Below are positions 9,439-19,949 of a stretch of DNA of 63,785 nt, piece after piece. The position numbers and the translations under genes were made by a program. The notes beneath the pieces were generated by a model, which had not been told where the DNA came from, ran no database searches, and saw only the letters and a list, made by a program, of their open reading frames with translations. The number at the start of each line of letters is the position of its first letter. The first letter of the stretch is position 1. The stretch comes from Ignavibacteriota bacterium (GTDB taxonomy: Bacteria > Bacteroidota > Ignavibacteria > Kapaibacteriales > UBA961): positions 1 through 63,785 of the forward strand of contig JACPWH010000199.1 in assembly GCA_016197185.1 (NCBI GenBank). Reading direction: 5' to 3'.

Positions 9439-9469
9439 TTCAAGAGAATTTTAGGATGGGCAGTTTTTA

Positions 9470-10153
9470 ATGCAAACTTCTGCAATCAAATTCACTCCAA
9501 TGAGAACAAAGAAAATCAGAGGACACTTTCGTCGATTTAAGAATATTGAGAAATGGAGAATTGAACATATTTCACTCGACATCTCCGATTATGTAGTAAA
9601 CCAATATGATTGTTATTATGCAAAAATAAGAATTCACCCATGGAGCGGACTTTCGCTAACCAATAGTTCGATTCCCGAACCGAAAAGAAAAACCAAACAA
9701 AAAATACTGGCAGGTCTTCTCGATATTTACGATGCTTGGAAAATTCAACTTGATGAAATAGGTCAGCCCTATTATTTAAAAATTTGGCTTTTTGAACCAA
9801 GATTCTCTCAATCGCAAGTAGTTTGTGCTGTTGAAAACAGAATTGCTTACTATGAAAATAATTTTTTCAAACCGGATAGCGACAAAACACTAAAAAAAAG
9901 TGATTATGGAAGTTTACAATCACGGCTTAGAACATTGAAATGGGAATATTATTTTGATGAAGACTACTATGATAATTCAGATATTGGTAAGCCTGAAGAT
10001 TATGCTACAATACAAGATTTTGAATTAGCAAAAATTTGGTTTGCCAAGCTCTTACAAAGACCTCACAGGACAGATACTTTTACAGAGCCGATTTGTGATA
10101 TAATCGAATCGTATATGTTTAAACGAGGAAGCTTATGGATTGGTGGATTATAG
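9470..10153 (+). CDS. Hypothetical protein (aromatic-rich, no signal peptide)
   Basis: 227-aa ORF filling the gap between two same-strand genes. No motif recognised. Confidence 0.4.
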   Translation: MQTSAIKFTPMRTKKIRGHFRRFKNIEKWRIEHISLDISDYVVNQYDCYYAKIRIHPWSGLSLTNSSIPEPKRKTKQKILAGLLDIYDAWKIQLDEIGQPYYLKIWLFEPRFSQSQVVCAVENRIAYYENNFFKPDSDKTLKKSDYGSLQSRLRTLKWEYYFDEDYYDNSDIGKPEDYATIQDFELAKIWFAKLLQRPHRTDTFTEPICDIIESYMFKRGSLWIGGL

Positions 10154-10285
10154 TAGCTTCCTTGTCTATGAGCAGCTTCTCACCAAGGTATTCTCATCAA
10201 ACTTTTCCTATAATTTACAACGGATAACTCCTCTCACCGTCACCACAAAAAAACCATACATGGTTTCAAAGCGATAAAATTATCG

Positions 10286-10293
10286 TATTTTTG
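10286..10293 (+). promoter_or_regulatory. Candidate -7 promoter box (TAnnTTTG) for purF
   Basis: TATTTTTG lies 53 nt upstream of the purF start. Confidence 0.35.
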
Positions 10294-10345
10294 TAAAAGT
10301 TTGGTAATGTTCCCCTCCTTCTTTCCATAGTTTAATACTCTATCT

Positions 10346-11845
10346 ATGACTCCAAGAGACCTCGACAAACCACAATGTAATTGCGGTGTTATCGGTACGT
10401 TCAATCATCCTCAAGCTGCTATAATGACCTATTATGCTCTTCATGCTCTTCAGCATCGCGGGCAGGAAGCAGCCGGAATCGTATCTTCGTTTTATGATAC
10501 CGAAAAGAATAAAAACCGCTTTTTTACTCATAAGGCGGAAGGTTTGGTTCTTGATGTATTTTCCGACAGCGGTATTCTTACCGAGAAATTAAAAGGGAAT
10601 GCAGCAATAGGTCATAACCGTTATTCGACTACCGGCAGCGGTTCTCTTGCAAATGTCCAACCATTTACGATTAACTACCGGAACGGAAATTTGGCTCTCG
10701 CACACAACGGAAATTTGACTAATACGAAAACTCTTCGTAAAGACCTCCAAGATAAAGGATCTATTTTCCAAACCACCACCGACAGCGAACTTTTTTTGCA
10801 CCTCATAGCCCGTAGCAGAAAAACCACCCAACTTGAGCAAATCCGTGAGGCACTTCAGATTACTCGCGGAGCATATTCTCTTGTGATGATGACAGACAAC
10901 GCCTTGTATGCTGCCCGGGATCCACACGGTTTCCGTCCTTTATGTATAGGTCGTAAATTGATGGGGGATGAATATGCCTATTTTGTAGTTTCCGAAACTT
11001 GCGCTCTGGATATTATCAGCGCAGAATATGTGCGTGATGTGAAACACAATGAAATTGTGGTGATTGACCGTAATACAATAGAAACAGGGGAAATACAATC
11101 TTATACGATTGATGATGTTACACCAAGGTCATGTCATTGTATTTTTGAATATGTCTATTTCTCACGCCCCGACAGTAAAATATTCGGTCACAATGTGGAC
11201 AAAGTCCGCCGTAAACTCGGAAAAAATCTTGCAAAAGAAGCTCCGGTTTTTACTGATGATGAAGGTAATAAAGTAGTTGCTATCGCAGTTCCAGACAGCG
11301 GCAATACTGCTACTCTGGGATACGCACGAGAAAGTGAGAAGCAAGAAATTCCAACAAAATTTGAAATAGGACTCATCAGAAGCCACTACGTAGGACGCAC
11401 GTTCATTGCCCCAGGGCAAGACCAAAGGGAATTTAAAGTCAAAACCAAGTTTAATATAGTACGTGGGGTTCTTGAAAATAAGAAGATTGCTGTTATTGAT
11501 GATTCAATTGTTCGCGGGACTACCTCGCGTGCACTTGTTAAACTAATCCGCGAGGCAAATCCAAGTGAAGTACACATGAGAATCACTTCCCCTCCTATTA
11601 CTCATCCATGTCAGTACGGTATGGACTTCCCAAGCCGTGAAGAATTGATTGCGAACAGTTATGATGATGAAAAGGAAATAGGTAAAGCATTGGGTGTTGA
11701 TTCTCTTCATTACCTTTCGGTAGAAAAATTGATGGAGTCTGTTCCGCAAGAAGAAGGAATCGGCTACTGTAATGCTTGCTTTACAGGAAATTACCCCGTT
11801 CAAATTGATTTGAGTGTAAGTAAACTTTCTACGGAAGATGATTAG
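10346..11845 (+). CDS. purF: Amidophosphoribosyltransferase (glutamine PRPP amidotransferase), propeptide and Fe-S type
   Basis: A short propeptide precedes the Ntn cysteine (CGVIG). The PRTase motif is IAVIDDSIVRGTTS. Cys-containing segments CHCIFEYVYF, PCQYG and CNACFTG resemble the 4Fe-4S form. Confidence 0.9.
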   Translation: MTPRDLDKPQCNCGVIGTFNHPQAAIMTYYALHALQHRGQEAAGIVSSFYDTEKNKNRFFTHKAEGLVLDVFSDSGILTEKLKGNAAIGHNRYSTTGSGSLANVQPFTINYRNGNLALAHNGNLTNTKTLRKDLQDKGSIFQTTTDSELFLHLIARSRKTTQLEQIREALQITRGAYSLVMMTDNALYAARDPHGFRPLCIGRKLMGDEYAYFVVSETCALDIISAEYVRDVKHNEIVVIDRNTIETGEIQSYTIDDVTPRSCHCIFEYVYFSRPDSKIFGHNVDKVRRKLGKNLAKEAPVFTDDEGNKVVAIAVPDSGNTATLGYARESEKQEIPTKFEIGLIRSHYVGRTFIAPGQDQREFKVKTKFNIVRGVLENKKIAVIDDSIVRGTTSRALVKLIREANPSEVHMRITSPPITHPCQYGMDFPSREELIANSYDDEKEIGKALGVDSLHYLSVEKLMESVPQEEGIGYCNACFTGNYPVQIDLSVSKLSTEDD

Positions 11846-11872
11846 AATCTTATAATGATAAAAAATGCCAAC

Positions 11873-11906
11873 AAAAAAGCCGTTTCAAATTGAAACGGCT
11901 TTTTTT
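11873..11906 (+). terminator. Bidirectional rho-independent terminator between purF and the convergent lipoprotein gene
   Basis: Hairpin agccgtttca / tgaaacggct (11879..11900) is flanked by an A-run upstream and a T-run downstream. Confidence 0.8.
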
Positions 11907-11940
11907 ATAAATACACCAAACGACATCTCAACGTATATCA

Positions 11941-12492
11941 TTATTTTGTGAATCCATCTAATATCATATCTTCCACCGAACGGCTGCCTGCTTCTACAGG
12001 AACAGGACTTGGGACATTTGCATAGAGTTTTTCATTAAGTGTTTGCATCATATAGACAGTATTTGTTCCTTTTGTAATAAAGAAGGATGGCAAACCGCCT
12101 AATGAAAATCTATCCATCATCGGATGTTTAGTAGCTGATGATTGCATGGAGTAAACTACAATCATAGAATCAGGCACACCTGCTAATTTCAATACTTCAA
12201 GAGTGTGTGGAAATGTTTTCTGCGTTCCTGTACATGTACATGAGGGATGTACAAAAACATACATTTTTTGTTGGTTAGCTTGGAATGCAGCCGCTATTAG
12301 TCTGATTTTGGCAGTATCAACAGTTGTACTATACACTGTTGTTTCTGCTTGAAACCAGCTATAGCCTATTGATGTATTTAATTCGGAAACAGGTATTACT
12401 GTAGCTTCAGTATCTTCAGGTGCAGTAGAGCAACCGCTGATTCCTATTGCGGTAATACAGAAGAGGGCAAAAAGGATTCTGGAAATTTTCAT
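11941..12492 (-). CDS. Hypothetical lipoprotein
   Basis: MKISRILFALFCITAIGISGC lipobox-type signal. 183 aa. Contains a HPSCTCTG segment. Family not recognised. Confidence 0.55.
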   Translation of the reverse strand: MKISRILFALFCITAIGISGCSTAPEDTEATVIPVSELNTSIGYSWFQAETTVYSTTVDTAKIRLIAAAFQANQQKMYVFVHPSCTCTGTQKTFPHTLEVLKLAGVPDSMIVVYSMQSSATKHPMMDRFSLGGLPSFFITKGTNTVYMMQTLNEKLYANVPSPVPVEAGSRSVEDMILDGFTK

Positions 12493-12532
12493 TATAATAA
12501 CTCCATATAGAGAATAATTGTTTAAAGGTGTA

Positions 12533-12540
12533 CAAATTTA
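12533..12540 (-). promoter_or_regulatory. Candidate -7 promoter box for the lipoprotein gene
   Basis: The plus strand reads CAAATTTA, which is TAAATTTG on the minus strand. It lies 41 nt upstream of the start at 12492. Confidence 0.3.
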
Positions 12541-12937
12541 GCAGTTTTTTCGATAGTAGCAAATACTTGTTTTTAGAAAGATATAATTATATCTCATATC
12601 CTGACTTGTTGAGAGCAATTTACATATAATTGAATATGTTGCTCATGTTGTGCATCTTGCCCAATACCTCCACTTTTCTTTCCTGAGTTTTCTTATTAAT
12701 TTACTCACACTCGATTCACTAAAAATTTTCAATTTTCGTATCGATAGATACCGAACTCCCCTCATTTGTTTGGGCAGAAATGAGTGAAGCTCACTATGGC
12801 TACACTTTCAACCATGCGTAATTGTTAATCACTTTCCGCAATATTCATACTCTACACTCTCTAATTACAGCAAAGTAAACACACTGCCCTATCATTCATT
12901 TACTGAATGTTAGCACCAATTTCTCCCCATTTTTCCC

Positions 12938-12945
12938 TATTTTTG
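12938..12945 (+). promoter_or_regulatory. Candidate -7 promoter box for serS
   Basis: TATTTTTG lies 46 nt upstream of ATG 12991. Confidence 0.35.
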
Positions 12946-12990
12946 TAAAAAACAGAGAACATCTACCCACTATATTTCTATCCTAATCCT

Positions 12991-14250
12991 ATGCTCGACC
13001 TCAAATTTATCCGTGAAAATCCTGATGCCGTCCGCGCTAATGTTATCAATAAAAATGAGTCTGCTAATGTAGATGCTACATTGGAACTCGACAATCGTCG
13101 CCGTGCCATTATTCAGGAAGTGGAAGCATTAAAAAACAAGCGCAATGTAGTATCCGGTGAAATTGCAGTGATGAAACGTGCAAATCAAGATGCAAACATC
13201 GCAATAGAAGAGATGCGCATAGTTTCTGATAATATTAAAGAATTTGATGAAGAACTACGCAATATTGAAGCGGAAATGGAAGACCATATAATGCGTATTC
13301 CCAACATGGTGCATTCTACTGTTCCTGTAGGAAAAAGCGCAACTGATAATATCGAAGTACGTCGCACAGGTGAATGCATTGAAACAGGATTCCGTAAAAA
13401 TCACGTAGAAATTGGGAAATCGCTCGGCATTTTGGACTTCGAACGTGGAGCAAAGGTCAGTGGCAGCGGCTTTGGGTTCTATGTAGGCAAAGGTGCTACC
13501 CTTGAGCGGGCATTGATAAATTTCATGCTTGATTTCCATTTAGAGAAGCACGGTTATTCCGAGATTTTCCCTCCGTTCCTTGTAAATTCCGCATCTATGC
13601 GCGGAACAGGACAATTGCCCAAAATGGCAGAAGATATGTATCACTGTCAATTGGACGATCTTTACGCAATCCCGACTGCAGAAGTGCCTATCACAAACTT
13701 CCACCGTGATGATGTGCTTTCGGTAGATGACCTGCCAAAGAAATTCTGCGGGTACTCTGCATGTTTTAGAAGAGAGGCCGGAAGCTATGGTAAAGATACA
13801 CGCGGATTTCTTCGTGTGCATCAATTTAACAAAGTGGAACTTGTAAAATTCGCTCACCCTACATCATCTTATGATGATCTCGAATTGTTGGTAAATGACG
13901 TAGAAGATATTTTGAATGCTTTGGAAATCCCCTACCGTGTTCTTCTGCTATGTTCAGGTGACACAAGCTTTTCAAGTGCAAAGACTTATGATTTGGAAGC
14001 ATGGTCGCCGTGTGAGCAAAAATGGCTGGAAGTATCCAGCTGTTCCAATTTTGAAAATTATCAGGCACGAAGAGCAAATATCAAATTCAGAGAAGCAAGC
14101 GGCAAACCTGATTTTGTGCATACGCTCAACGGTAGCGGGCTTGCCACATCACGCCTGATGGTTGCAATTTTGGAGCATTATCAAACTGATGACGGTCATA
14201 TTAGAGTTCCTGATGCACTAAAACCATATTGTAGATTTGATATAATTTGA
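12991..14250 (+). CDS. serS: Seryl-tRNA synthetase
   Basis: N-terminal coiled-coil arm. Class II motifs FRREAGSYGKDTRGFLRVHQFNKVE and GSGLATSRLMVAILE. Confidence 0.92.
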   Translation: MLDLKFIRENPDAVRANVINKNESANVDATLELDNRRRAIIQEVEALKNKRNVVSGEIAVMKRANQDANIAIEEMRIVSDNIKEFDEELRNIEAEMEDHIMRIPNMVHSTVPVGKSATDNIEVRRTGECIETGFRKNHVEIGKSLGILDFERGAKVSGSGFGFYVGKGATLERALINFMLDFHLEKHGYSEIFPPFLVNSASMRGTGQLPKMAEDMYHCQLDDLYAIPTAEVPITNFHRDDVLSVDDLPKKFCGYSACFRREAGSYGKDTRGFLRVHQFNKVELVKFAHPTSSYDDLELLVNDVEDILNALEIPYRVLLLCSGDTSFSSAKTYDLEAWSPCEQKWLEVSSCSNFENYQARRANIKFREASGKPDFVHTLNGSGLATSRLMVAILEHYQTDDGHIRVPDALKPYCRFDII

Positions 14251-14262
14251 TACATCAGAGCT

Positions 14263-14844
14263 ATGGAAACTACCCATCTTTTCGGCGAATATTCTTTCAG
14301 ACAAGTGACATTGGAAGAAATATGTGAAATTATATCTCAATACCATGATGAATTTTTCGAAAACAATATAGATTTCGATGTGACTGACTCACTTTCTGAA
14401 TCAGAGAAAGAAGCAATGAAAATATTAAGTCACAATATGGGCAAACCCTACCGTTTGAACATTGCGATTTTCCATGGTGAACAATGTATCGGTTGGCACT
14501 ACGGTTGGCAGGAGAATTCAGAGAAATTCTATATGTGTAATACAGCAATTTTTCCTGAGTATCGCAAACAAGGAGTATATTCGGCATTACTTCCGCATAT
14601 ACTTTCGATTATTAAAAAGCAGGGTTTTCAAATTTTGTACAGCCGTCATCATTCTACAAATAATGCTGTCATCATCCCAAAACTAAGAATAGGGTTTGTT
14701 ATCTCTGGCTTTGAGATTTCAGACCGTTTTGGAACACTTGTTCATTTGTCGTATTATTTCAATCCATTGCGTCGGAAGGCGATGCAATTTAGAACCGGTG
14801 ATATGAGACCTGATGATGAACTTCGCCTGCTACTCAATTTGTAA
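14263..14844 (+). CDS. GNAT-family N-acetyltransferase
   Basis: 193 aa. YRKQGVYSALLPHIL resembles the acetyl-CoA binding motif A. Confidence 0.6.
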   Translation: METTHLFGEYSFRQVTLEEICEIISQYHDEFFENNIDFDVTDSLSESEKEAMKILSHNMGKPYRLNIAIFHGEQCIGWHYGWQENSEKFYMCNTAIFPEYRKQGVYSALLPHILSIIKKQGFQILYSRHHSTNNAVIIPKLRIGFVISGFEISDRFGTLVHLSYYFNPLRRKAMQFRTGDMRPDDELRLLLNL

Positions 14845-15161
14845 TTGCAGAGAAGCAAGAATTTTACCTTTATTATTTCTGATTCAAATCTATCATAGAT
14901 GTACTGTATAGGGGAAACAGACCACTTTACTTTTATTAACCAATACAATATAAATATCTCCTCAAAATGACTAAAAACTAATAAACAATTCAGTAACACC
15001 TCCATTGTTTATCACTATAGCACTCCAAATGTTACCTCAAAAAAGCTACTTCCTATCAATTACTTTTAAGTTTGTTTGCATATATCTTCAAACTTTCGGA
15101 TTTTTGTGGTTCTTAATTATGTCAAAAATTTTATTTATCACTTTTGCAGGATTATCCCCTC

Positions 15162-17234
15162 ATGCGAAAAATTAGTTTAGTTGCCTTTTTACTGTTTGGA
15201 GTAGCTATTTATACTCATGAAGCAGCTGCACAAAAAGGCAAAGCCGGACAGAAAACGGCAAAATCTTCTACCTCCTCCGCGTCCAAATCAGCACTTGATA
15301 AAACAGTCCTTGCTACTATCGGCAAAGAATCAATTACCTACGGCGAACTCGAATATGCTTTCCATAAGAATATGGGTCGCCGCAATGCACGTCTATCAGA
15401 AATTCCACGCGACAGCGTTATGGATTTTTTGCAACTGTATATTAAATACCGCCTAAAAGTACAAGATGCGATGGAACGTAAACTTGATAAAGATTCTGCT
15501 GTTATGACTGATATTGCACAAAACCGCAGGTTACTTGCCGAAACTCATTATTCTGAAAAGAAAATTATCGAACCTGAGGTTTCCAAACTTCTTGAACGTC
15601 GCAAAAGGGAAGTTCAAATCGAAATAATTGTTTGTGTTTCTCCTGAAAAAGGTGATACAATAGCATCCTACAACCGAGCAATGCGTCTTCTGGCAATGGT
15701 ACGTGGCGGTGCTGATTTCGAGAAAGTTGCTCACGATTCTTCAGACGATACCGAAACCGGAAAACGTGGCGGTATATTGCCATATATAACAGGTGGTAAA
15801 ATTATTCGTCCGGTGGAAGATGCTGCATATTCCGGCAAGGTTGGCGAAGTATATCCCCAACTTATTCGCTACAGAAATAATTATTTCATCTTAAAAGTCC
15901 TTAAAAATGAGCCTCGTCTAAAAGTTAGAGCAAGTCATTTATTACTTTCTTCAATCGGTAAGAATGATTCTCTCGGTATTAGTAAAAAAGGAGATAGTTT
16001 ACTCGCACTTATCAAGGCACATCCTGAAAAATTTGAGGACTACGTCCGAGCAAATTCGGACGATAAGACTACAAAAGAAAAAGGCGGCTATATGGGCTCA
16101 TACTATACTCGTTCAAGCGGTTTTGATTTGATGAAAGATCAGCTTTTATTACCTGAATTTGAAAAGTCATTATTCTCCCTAAAGGATGGCGAAATATCTG
16201 GCAAGGTATGGACTGAATACGGTCTGCATATTATACGCCGTGATTCCTCACGAGTACCGAATATTGAAGAAGAACGCGAATCGGTAAAAAAAGATTACAA
16301 GCGTTTATTCTATGAAGAAGACAAGCGTTTACATATTGATTCGCTTAAAGTTGCATTAGGATATAAACTGAATTCACCGGCACTTAAATCATTCCTTGCC
16401 TTTGTGGATACTTCAAAAACTACAATTGATTCCAGTTGGTCAAGTAAATTAACAAAAGGTGTTTTAGCATTACAATTGTATTCATTACCCAACGGGAGTA
16501 TGACAGTAGGTGCACTTGTCGATTCTTTGAACAAACGTAGCGATCTTCGTGCAACTCCTCTTAACTACAAAGGTATAACACGTGTACTTGATAAATTTAC
16601 AGATCCTAAAGCAGTAAATGATGCAACTGTAAGTTTGGAGCTTCAATATCCAGATTTTGCTGCATTGATGCGTGATTTCCGCGACGGTATCTTACTCTTC
16701 AAAGTGGAAGAACAAGAAGTATGGGGTAAATTGAAATTCGATTCACTTCAAGCCAGAAGTTTCTTCGATTCGACAAGAGCTAAATACAGAACCGAAACAA
16801 AATATGAAATCAGTGAGATTTATATCCTTTCGGACTCTGCTGCAAAAGCAGTACGCAAACGAATTGATGCCGGAGAAAAATTCGATGACTTGGCATCACA
16901 GCTAACACAGCGTGAAGGATTCCGCGAGAAAAAAGGACATCATAATCTTGCTACCTCCAAAGAGGATAAATTAGTAGCACTTGCTGAAAAAGCGAAGGCA
17001 AATGCAGGTGATGTTATCGGACCAGAGCCGTATGAACGTGGCTTCTCGATTATCAAAGTTAATGAAGTAGCTCCGCCTCGCCAAAAGACATTCGAAGAAG
17101 CAATCCCTGATTTTGCCCCTGCATTTCAGGATATGGTTCAGAAACGTCTTACAGAGCAATGGATTACTCGTGTAAAGCAACGTTTTCCTGTAGAAATTAA
17201 CCAGAAAAATGTTGCAGCAGTTTTGAAAAAGTAA
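15162..17234 (+). CDS. Periplasmic peptidyl-prolyl isomerase, SurA/PpiD-like with parvulin domains
   Basis: Signal peptide MRKISLVAFLLFGVAIYTHEAAA. Parvulin-like segments ASHLLLS...EKGGYMGSY...GLHIIRR plus a second C-terminal rotamase-like region. The ORF-track start at 15144 is a TTG; the first ATG is at 15162. Confidence 0.75.
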   Translation: MRKISLVAFLLFGVAIYTHEAAAQKGKAGQKTAKSSTSSASKSALDKTVLATIGKESITYGELEYAFHKNMGRRNARLSEIPRDSVMDFLQLYIKYRLKVQDAMERKLDKDSAVMTDIAQNRRLLAETHYSEKKIIEPEVSKLLERRKREVQIEIIVCVSPEKGDTIASYNRAMRLLAMVRGGADFEKVAHDSSDDTETGKRGGILPYITGGKIIRPVEDAAYSGKVGEVYPQLIRYRNNYFILKVLKNEPRLKVRASHLLLSSIGKNDSLGISKKGDSLLALIKAHPEKFEDYVRANSDDKTTKEKGGYMGSYYTRSSGFDLMKDQLLLPEFEKSLFSLKDGEISGKVWTEYGLHIIRRDSSRVPNIEEERESVKKDYKRLFYEEDKRLHIDSLKVALGYKLNSPALKSFLAFVDTSKTTIDSSWSSKLTKGVLALQLYSLPNGSMTVGALVDSLNKRSDLRATPLNYKGITRVLDKFTDPKAVNDATVSLELQYPDFAALMRDFRDGILLFKVEEQEVWGKLKFDSLQARSFFDSTRAKYRTETKYEISEIYILSDSAAKAVRKRIDAGEKFDDLASQLTQREGFREKKGHHNLATSKEDKLVALAEKAKANAGDVIGPEPYERGFSIIKVNEVAPPRQKTFEEAIPDFAPAFQDMVQKRLTEQWITRVKQRFPVEINQKNVAAVLKK

Positions 17235-17259
17235 TTAGTACAAGTAAACTGTCACACTT

Positions 17260-18483
17260 GTGAAATTTCAACTTGCATCGTTCGTAGCGCGGCGGTATGG
17301 TCAATCCTACCGCCGTCGCCGTTTTATATCCTTCACTCGCTTAGTTGCATTTCTAAGTGTGATGATAGGCAGCATGGCTCTGATATTATCCCTATCAGTT
17401 CTTGAGGGATTTGAGCAATCACTCCGTGAAAACGCAATAAAATTCACTTCACATATTCACCTTGTCGGTTTTCGTAACAAATCCTTGCCGAATTACCAGT
17501 CAGTAATGGCAAAACTGACACAGGAAATACCTGAAATCAAAAGTGCCGCCCCAACAATCGAACGTGAAGGTTTGGTGCGATCACACGGCGAGATTGAAGG
17601 TGTACGCCTGAAAGGAATTGACGCACAAACCGAAATTTCACTAAGACCCAAGAAAATCATTGAAGGTGCGTTTGCATTTTCAAATACCCGCTCTTCTGAA
17701 GTTTTAATCGGAAAGAAACTTGCACGAAAATTAAATTGCGTAACAGGAGACACCCTTATCATTACTACAATTCTTACTGACGGAAACGGACAACCTAACC
17801 CTCTTATCCGACAATTTAAGTTAGTGGGAATATATGAAACGGGTATGGCGCAATATGATGATATTTACGTTTATTTACCCCTTGAGACATCAAGAGTATT
17901 CTTTCAGTTCCCTGAAAATTCCGTTTCGGGATATGATATTATGCTCAATTCGATAGATAATGTGAATTCAGTAGCCCGGCGTATCGAAGAATTACTCGGC
18001 TATCCCTATTTTGTACTTACCGTTAACGATTTGAACAGTAGTATGTTCGCATGGATAGAATTGCAAAAAAAGCCTATTCCGATCGTTCTCGGACTTATAA
18101 GTATCGTTGCAGTATTGAACGTTCTAACGATGCTTCTTATAAGTGTTGTTGAGAAAACCCACTCAATAGGTATCCTTCGTGCAATAGGTATGCAACGACG
18201 GGATATTATGCGTGTATTCATACTTCAGGGCGTAGGAGTGGGTGCAGCAGGGACAGTTGTGGGCTGTGGACTCGGATATTTGATTTGCGGACTTCAATAT
18301 TGGTTCAAAATAATCCACTTGGAGGGTGATGTCTATTTTGTTGATGTTCTGCCGATAGCATTTTCGGTATGGCACTTAGTGACCGTTGTTGGATTTTCGT
18401 TGATTATTTCACTCTTAGCTACTCTTATTCCCGCGTGGATTGCTACAAGAATCTCCCCTGTTCAAGCTCTCCGGTTTGGTTAA
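17260..18483 (+). CDS. Lipoprotein-releasing system permease (LolC/LolE, FtsX-type)
   Basis: N-terminal TM helix, periplasmic MacB-like domain, and a C-terminal FtsX region (GILRAIGMQRRDIMRVFILQG, three TM helices). GTG start. Confidence 0.8.
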   Translation: MKFQLASFVARRYGQSYRRRRFISFTRLVAFLSVMIGSMALILSLSVLEGFEQSLRENAIKFTSHIHLVGFRNKSLPNYQSVMAKLTQEIPEIKSAAPTIEREGLVRSHGEIEGVRLKGIDAQTEISLRPKKIIEGAFAFSNTRSSEVLIGKKLARKLNCVTGDTLIITTILTDGNGQPNPLIRQFKLVGIYETGMAQYDDIYVYLPLETSRVFFQFPENSVSGYDIMLNSIDNVNSVARRIEELLGYPYFVLTVNDLNSSMFAWIELQKKPIPIVLGLISIVAVLNVLTMLLISVVEKTHSIGILRAIGMQRRDIMRVFILQGVGVGAAGTVVGCGLGYLICGLQYWFKIIHLEGDVYFVDVLPIAFSVWHLVTVVGFSLIISLLATLIPAWIATRISPVQALRFG

Positions 18484-18685
18484 AATTGCACTACTTTCGC
18501 CATAAATTGTGCGCACTATCCCCCACATGCTGAATAATAGCCATCACTTCTGTACCCTTTTGTAATTTCCATCCATACCAATTGCCCTAAGAATACGGTT
18601 ATTATCAATCGAAAACACCTAATTGATTGATTTTCAGCCTATTTCCCCATTCCTTCACTGTTCTCAATTCAAACTCTGATTTTCT

Positions 18686-18700
18686 TGGCACATTCATTGA
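18686..18700 (+). promoter_or_regulatory. Weak sigma-54-like element upstream of the flagellar rod genes
   Basis: TGGCAC-ATTCA-TTGA has correct spacing and an exact -24 box. The -12 box reads TTGA rather than TTGC. It lies 64 nt upstream of ORF 18764. Confidence 0.3.
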
Positions 18701-18763
18701 AACAGTACATCTGAAACATACGATTATTTACAGCAAAACCATAGTATATTTTTAGGAATCCTG

Positions 18764-19024
18764 ATGAATCTTCCCTATGCACAGACATATCCGACAGATG
18801 TCACGACACATGCTCCGGAAACAACGGAAACAATGCTCGCAGAGCAAATTTTGGCTAAAATACTTGAAAAAGGTACACCTATATATGTGGATTCCGAACT
18901 AATGCACGAAATAACGTCGATGGTGGTTCTGCAATCAGTACCACCTGAACTTTGTGATGTAGCCTCAGAAATTCTGAAATTTATCTATCTGACAGATTCA
19001 AACTCAGAAATTGCCGTTGCTTAA
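18764..19024 (+). CDS. Hypothetical small acidic protein at the head of the flagellar cluster
   Basis: 86-aa ORF on the same strand as flgF. No motif recognised. Confidence 0.35.
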   Translation: MNLPYAQTYPTDVTTHAPETTETMLAEQILAKILEKGTPIYVDSELMHEITSMVVLQSVPPELCDVASEILKFIYLTDSNSEIAVA

Positions 19025-19102
19025 AACTGAATCCGGTATGTAAGCCCGATTCTGAGTATAAAAAACCTACATGATTTTAGATATGTATAATATAACTCAA
19101 TT

Positions 19103-19882
19103 ATGGTAAAAGAAATCTATACCGCCGCACTCGGAATGGTGCCGCAGCAGACTCGTCTCGAAGTAATTTCGAATAATATTGCCAATGCTAATACGGTTGG
19201 ATTTAAGCGCGAGTCTGCATTTGAGAGGTCACTAATTTCTGCACAAGCCAACCTGAATAATGTGAAAGGTGATGTGGAGCAAGACGACACACCCACCGAT
19301 ACATTTACAGATTTCGGACAAGGGTCTGCAGAGCGTACAGGTAATCAATTTGATTTTGCAATTGATAATAAAAAGGGATATTTCACGCTTGAAGACAGCG
19401 AAGGCAAGCAATATTTCAGCAGAGCCGGACATTTCACCTTAGGTAAGGATGGGAAAATAGAGACAGCTGACGGACTTACTCTTATGGGGGAAAGCGGTCC
19501 TATTTACGTTAACCAGCAAAAATTCCTACCGGGTCAAATGGATGATGCTAAAGCAATTCTTCTACGTGTGGAAGAAACGGGCGAAGTATTCGCAAACGAG
19601 CAAACAGTAGGGAGAATTCAATTAATGGATATTGAAAACCCACAAACATTACAGCGTGAAACCGGTGCACACTTTTCTCCAACAGACAACACGATCATGA
19701 ATCCCGTGCCAATAGAGGAAGCAAGCATCAAACAAGGATATGTAGAAAATTCGAATGTGAATATTATCAAAGAAATGGTGGAAATGATTGAACTTCAAAG
19801 AATGTTCGAAATGGGACAAAAAGTAATCACTACCAACGATGGCACATTAGACAGAAGTATAGATATAGGACGTTTCGGATAA
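19103..19882 (+). CDS. flgF: Flagellar basal-body rod protein FlgF
   Basis: The N-terminus IYTAALGMVPQQTRLEVISNNIANANTVGFKRE and the C-terminus GYVENSNVNIIKEMVEMIELQRMFE are typical of rod proteins. Confidence 0.85.
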   Translation: MVKEIYTAALGMVPQQTRLEVISNNIANANTVGFKRESAFERSLISAQANLNNVKGDVEQDDTPTDTFTDFGQGSAERTGNQFDFAIDNKKGYFTLEDSEGKQYFSRAGHFTLGKDGKIETADGLTLMGESGPIYVNQQKFLPGQMDDAKAILLRVEETGEVFANEQTVGRIQLMDIENPQTLQRETGAHFSPTDNTIMNPVPIEEASIKQGYVENSNVNIIKEMVEMIELQRMFEMGQKVITTNDGTLDRSIDIGRFG

Positions 19883-19949
19883 TGTACTTCTTTCATTTGC
19901 TCTTTAAAAAACAAATACTAACATTCAATACATTTACTATTAGACTACT

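Noticed and set aside
19022-19050. TAAA...GCCCGATT as a sigma-28 promoter upstream of flgF
   Set aside because: The spacer is about 18 nt rather than 15, and the -10 half is imperfect. The similarity is too weak to report.
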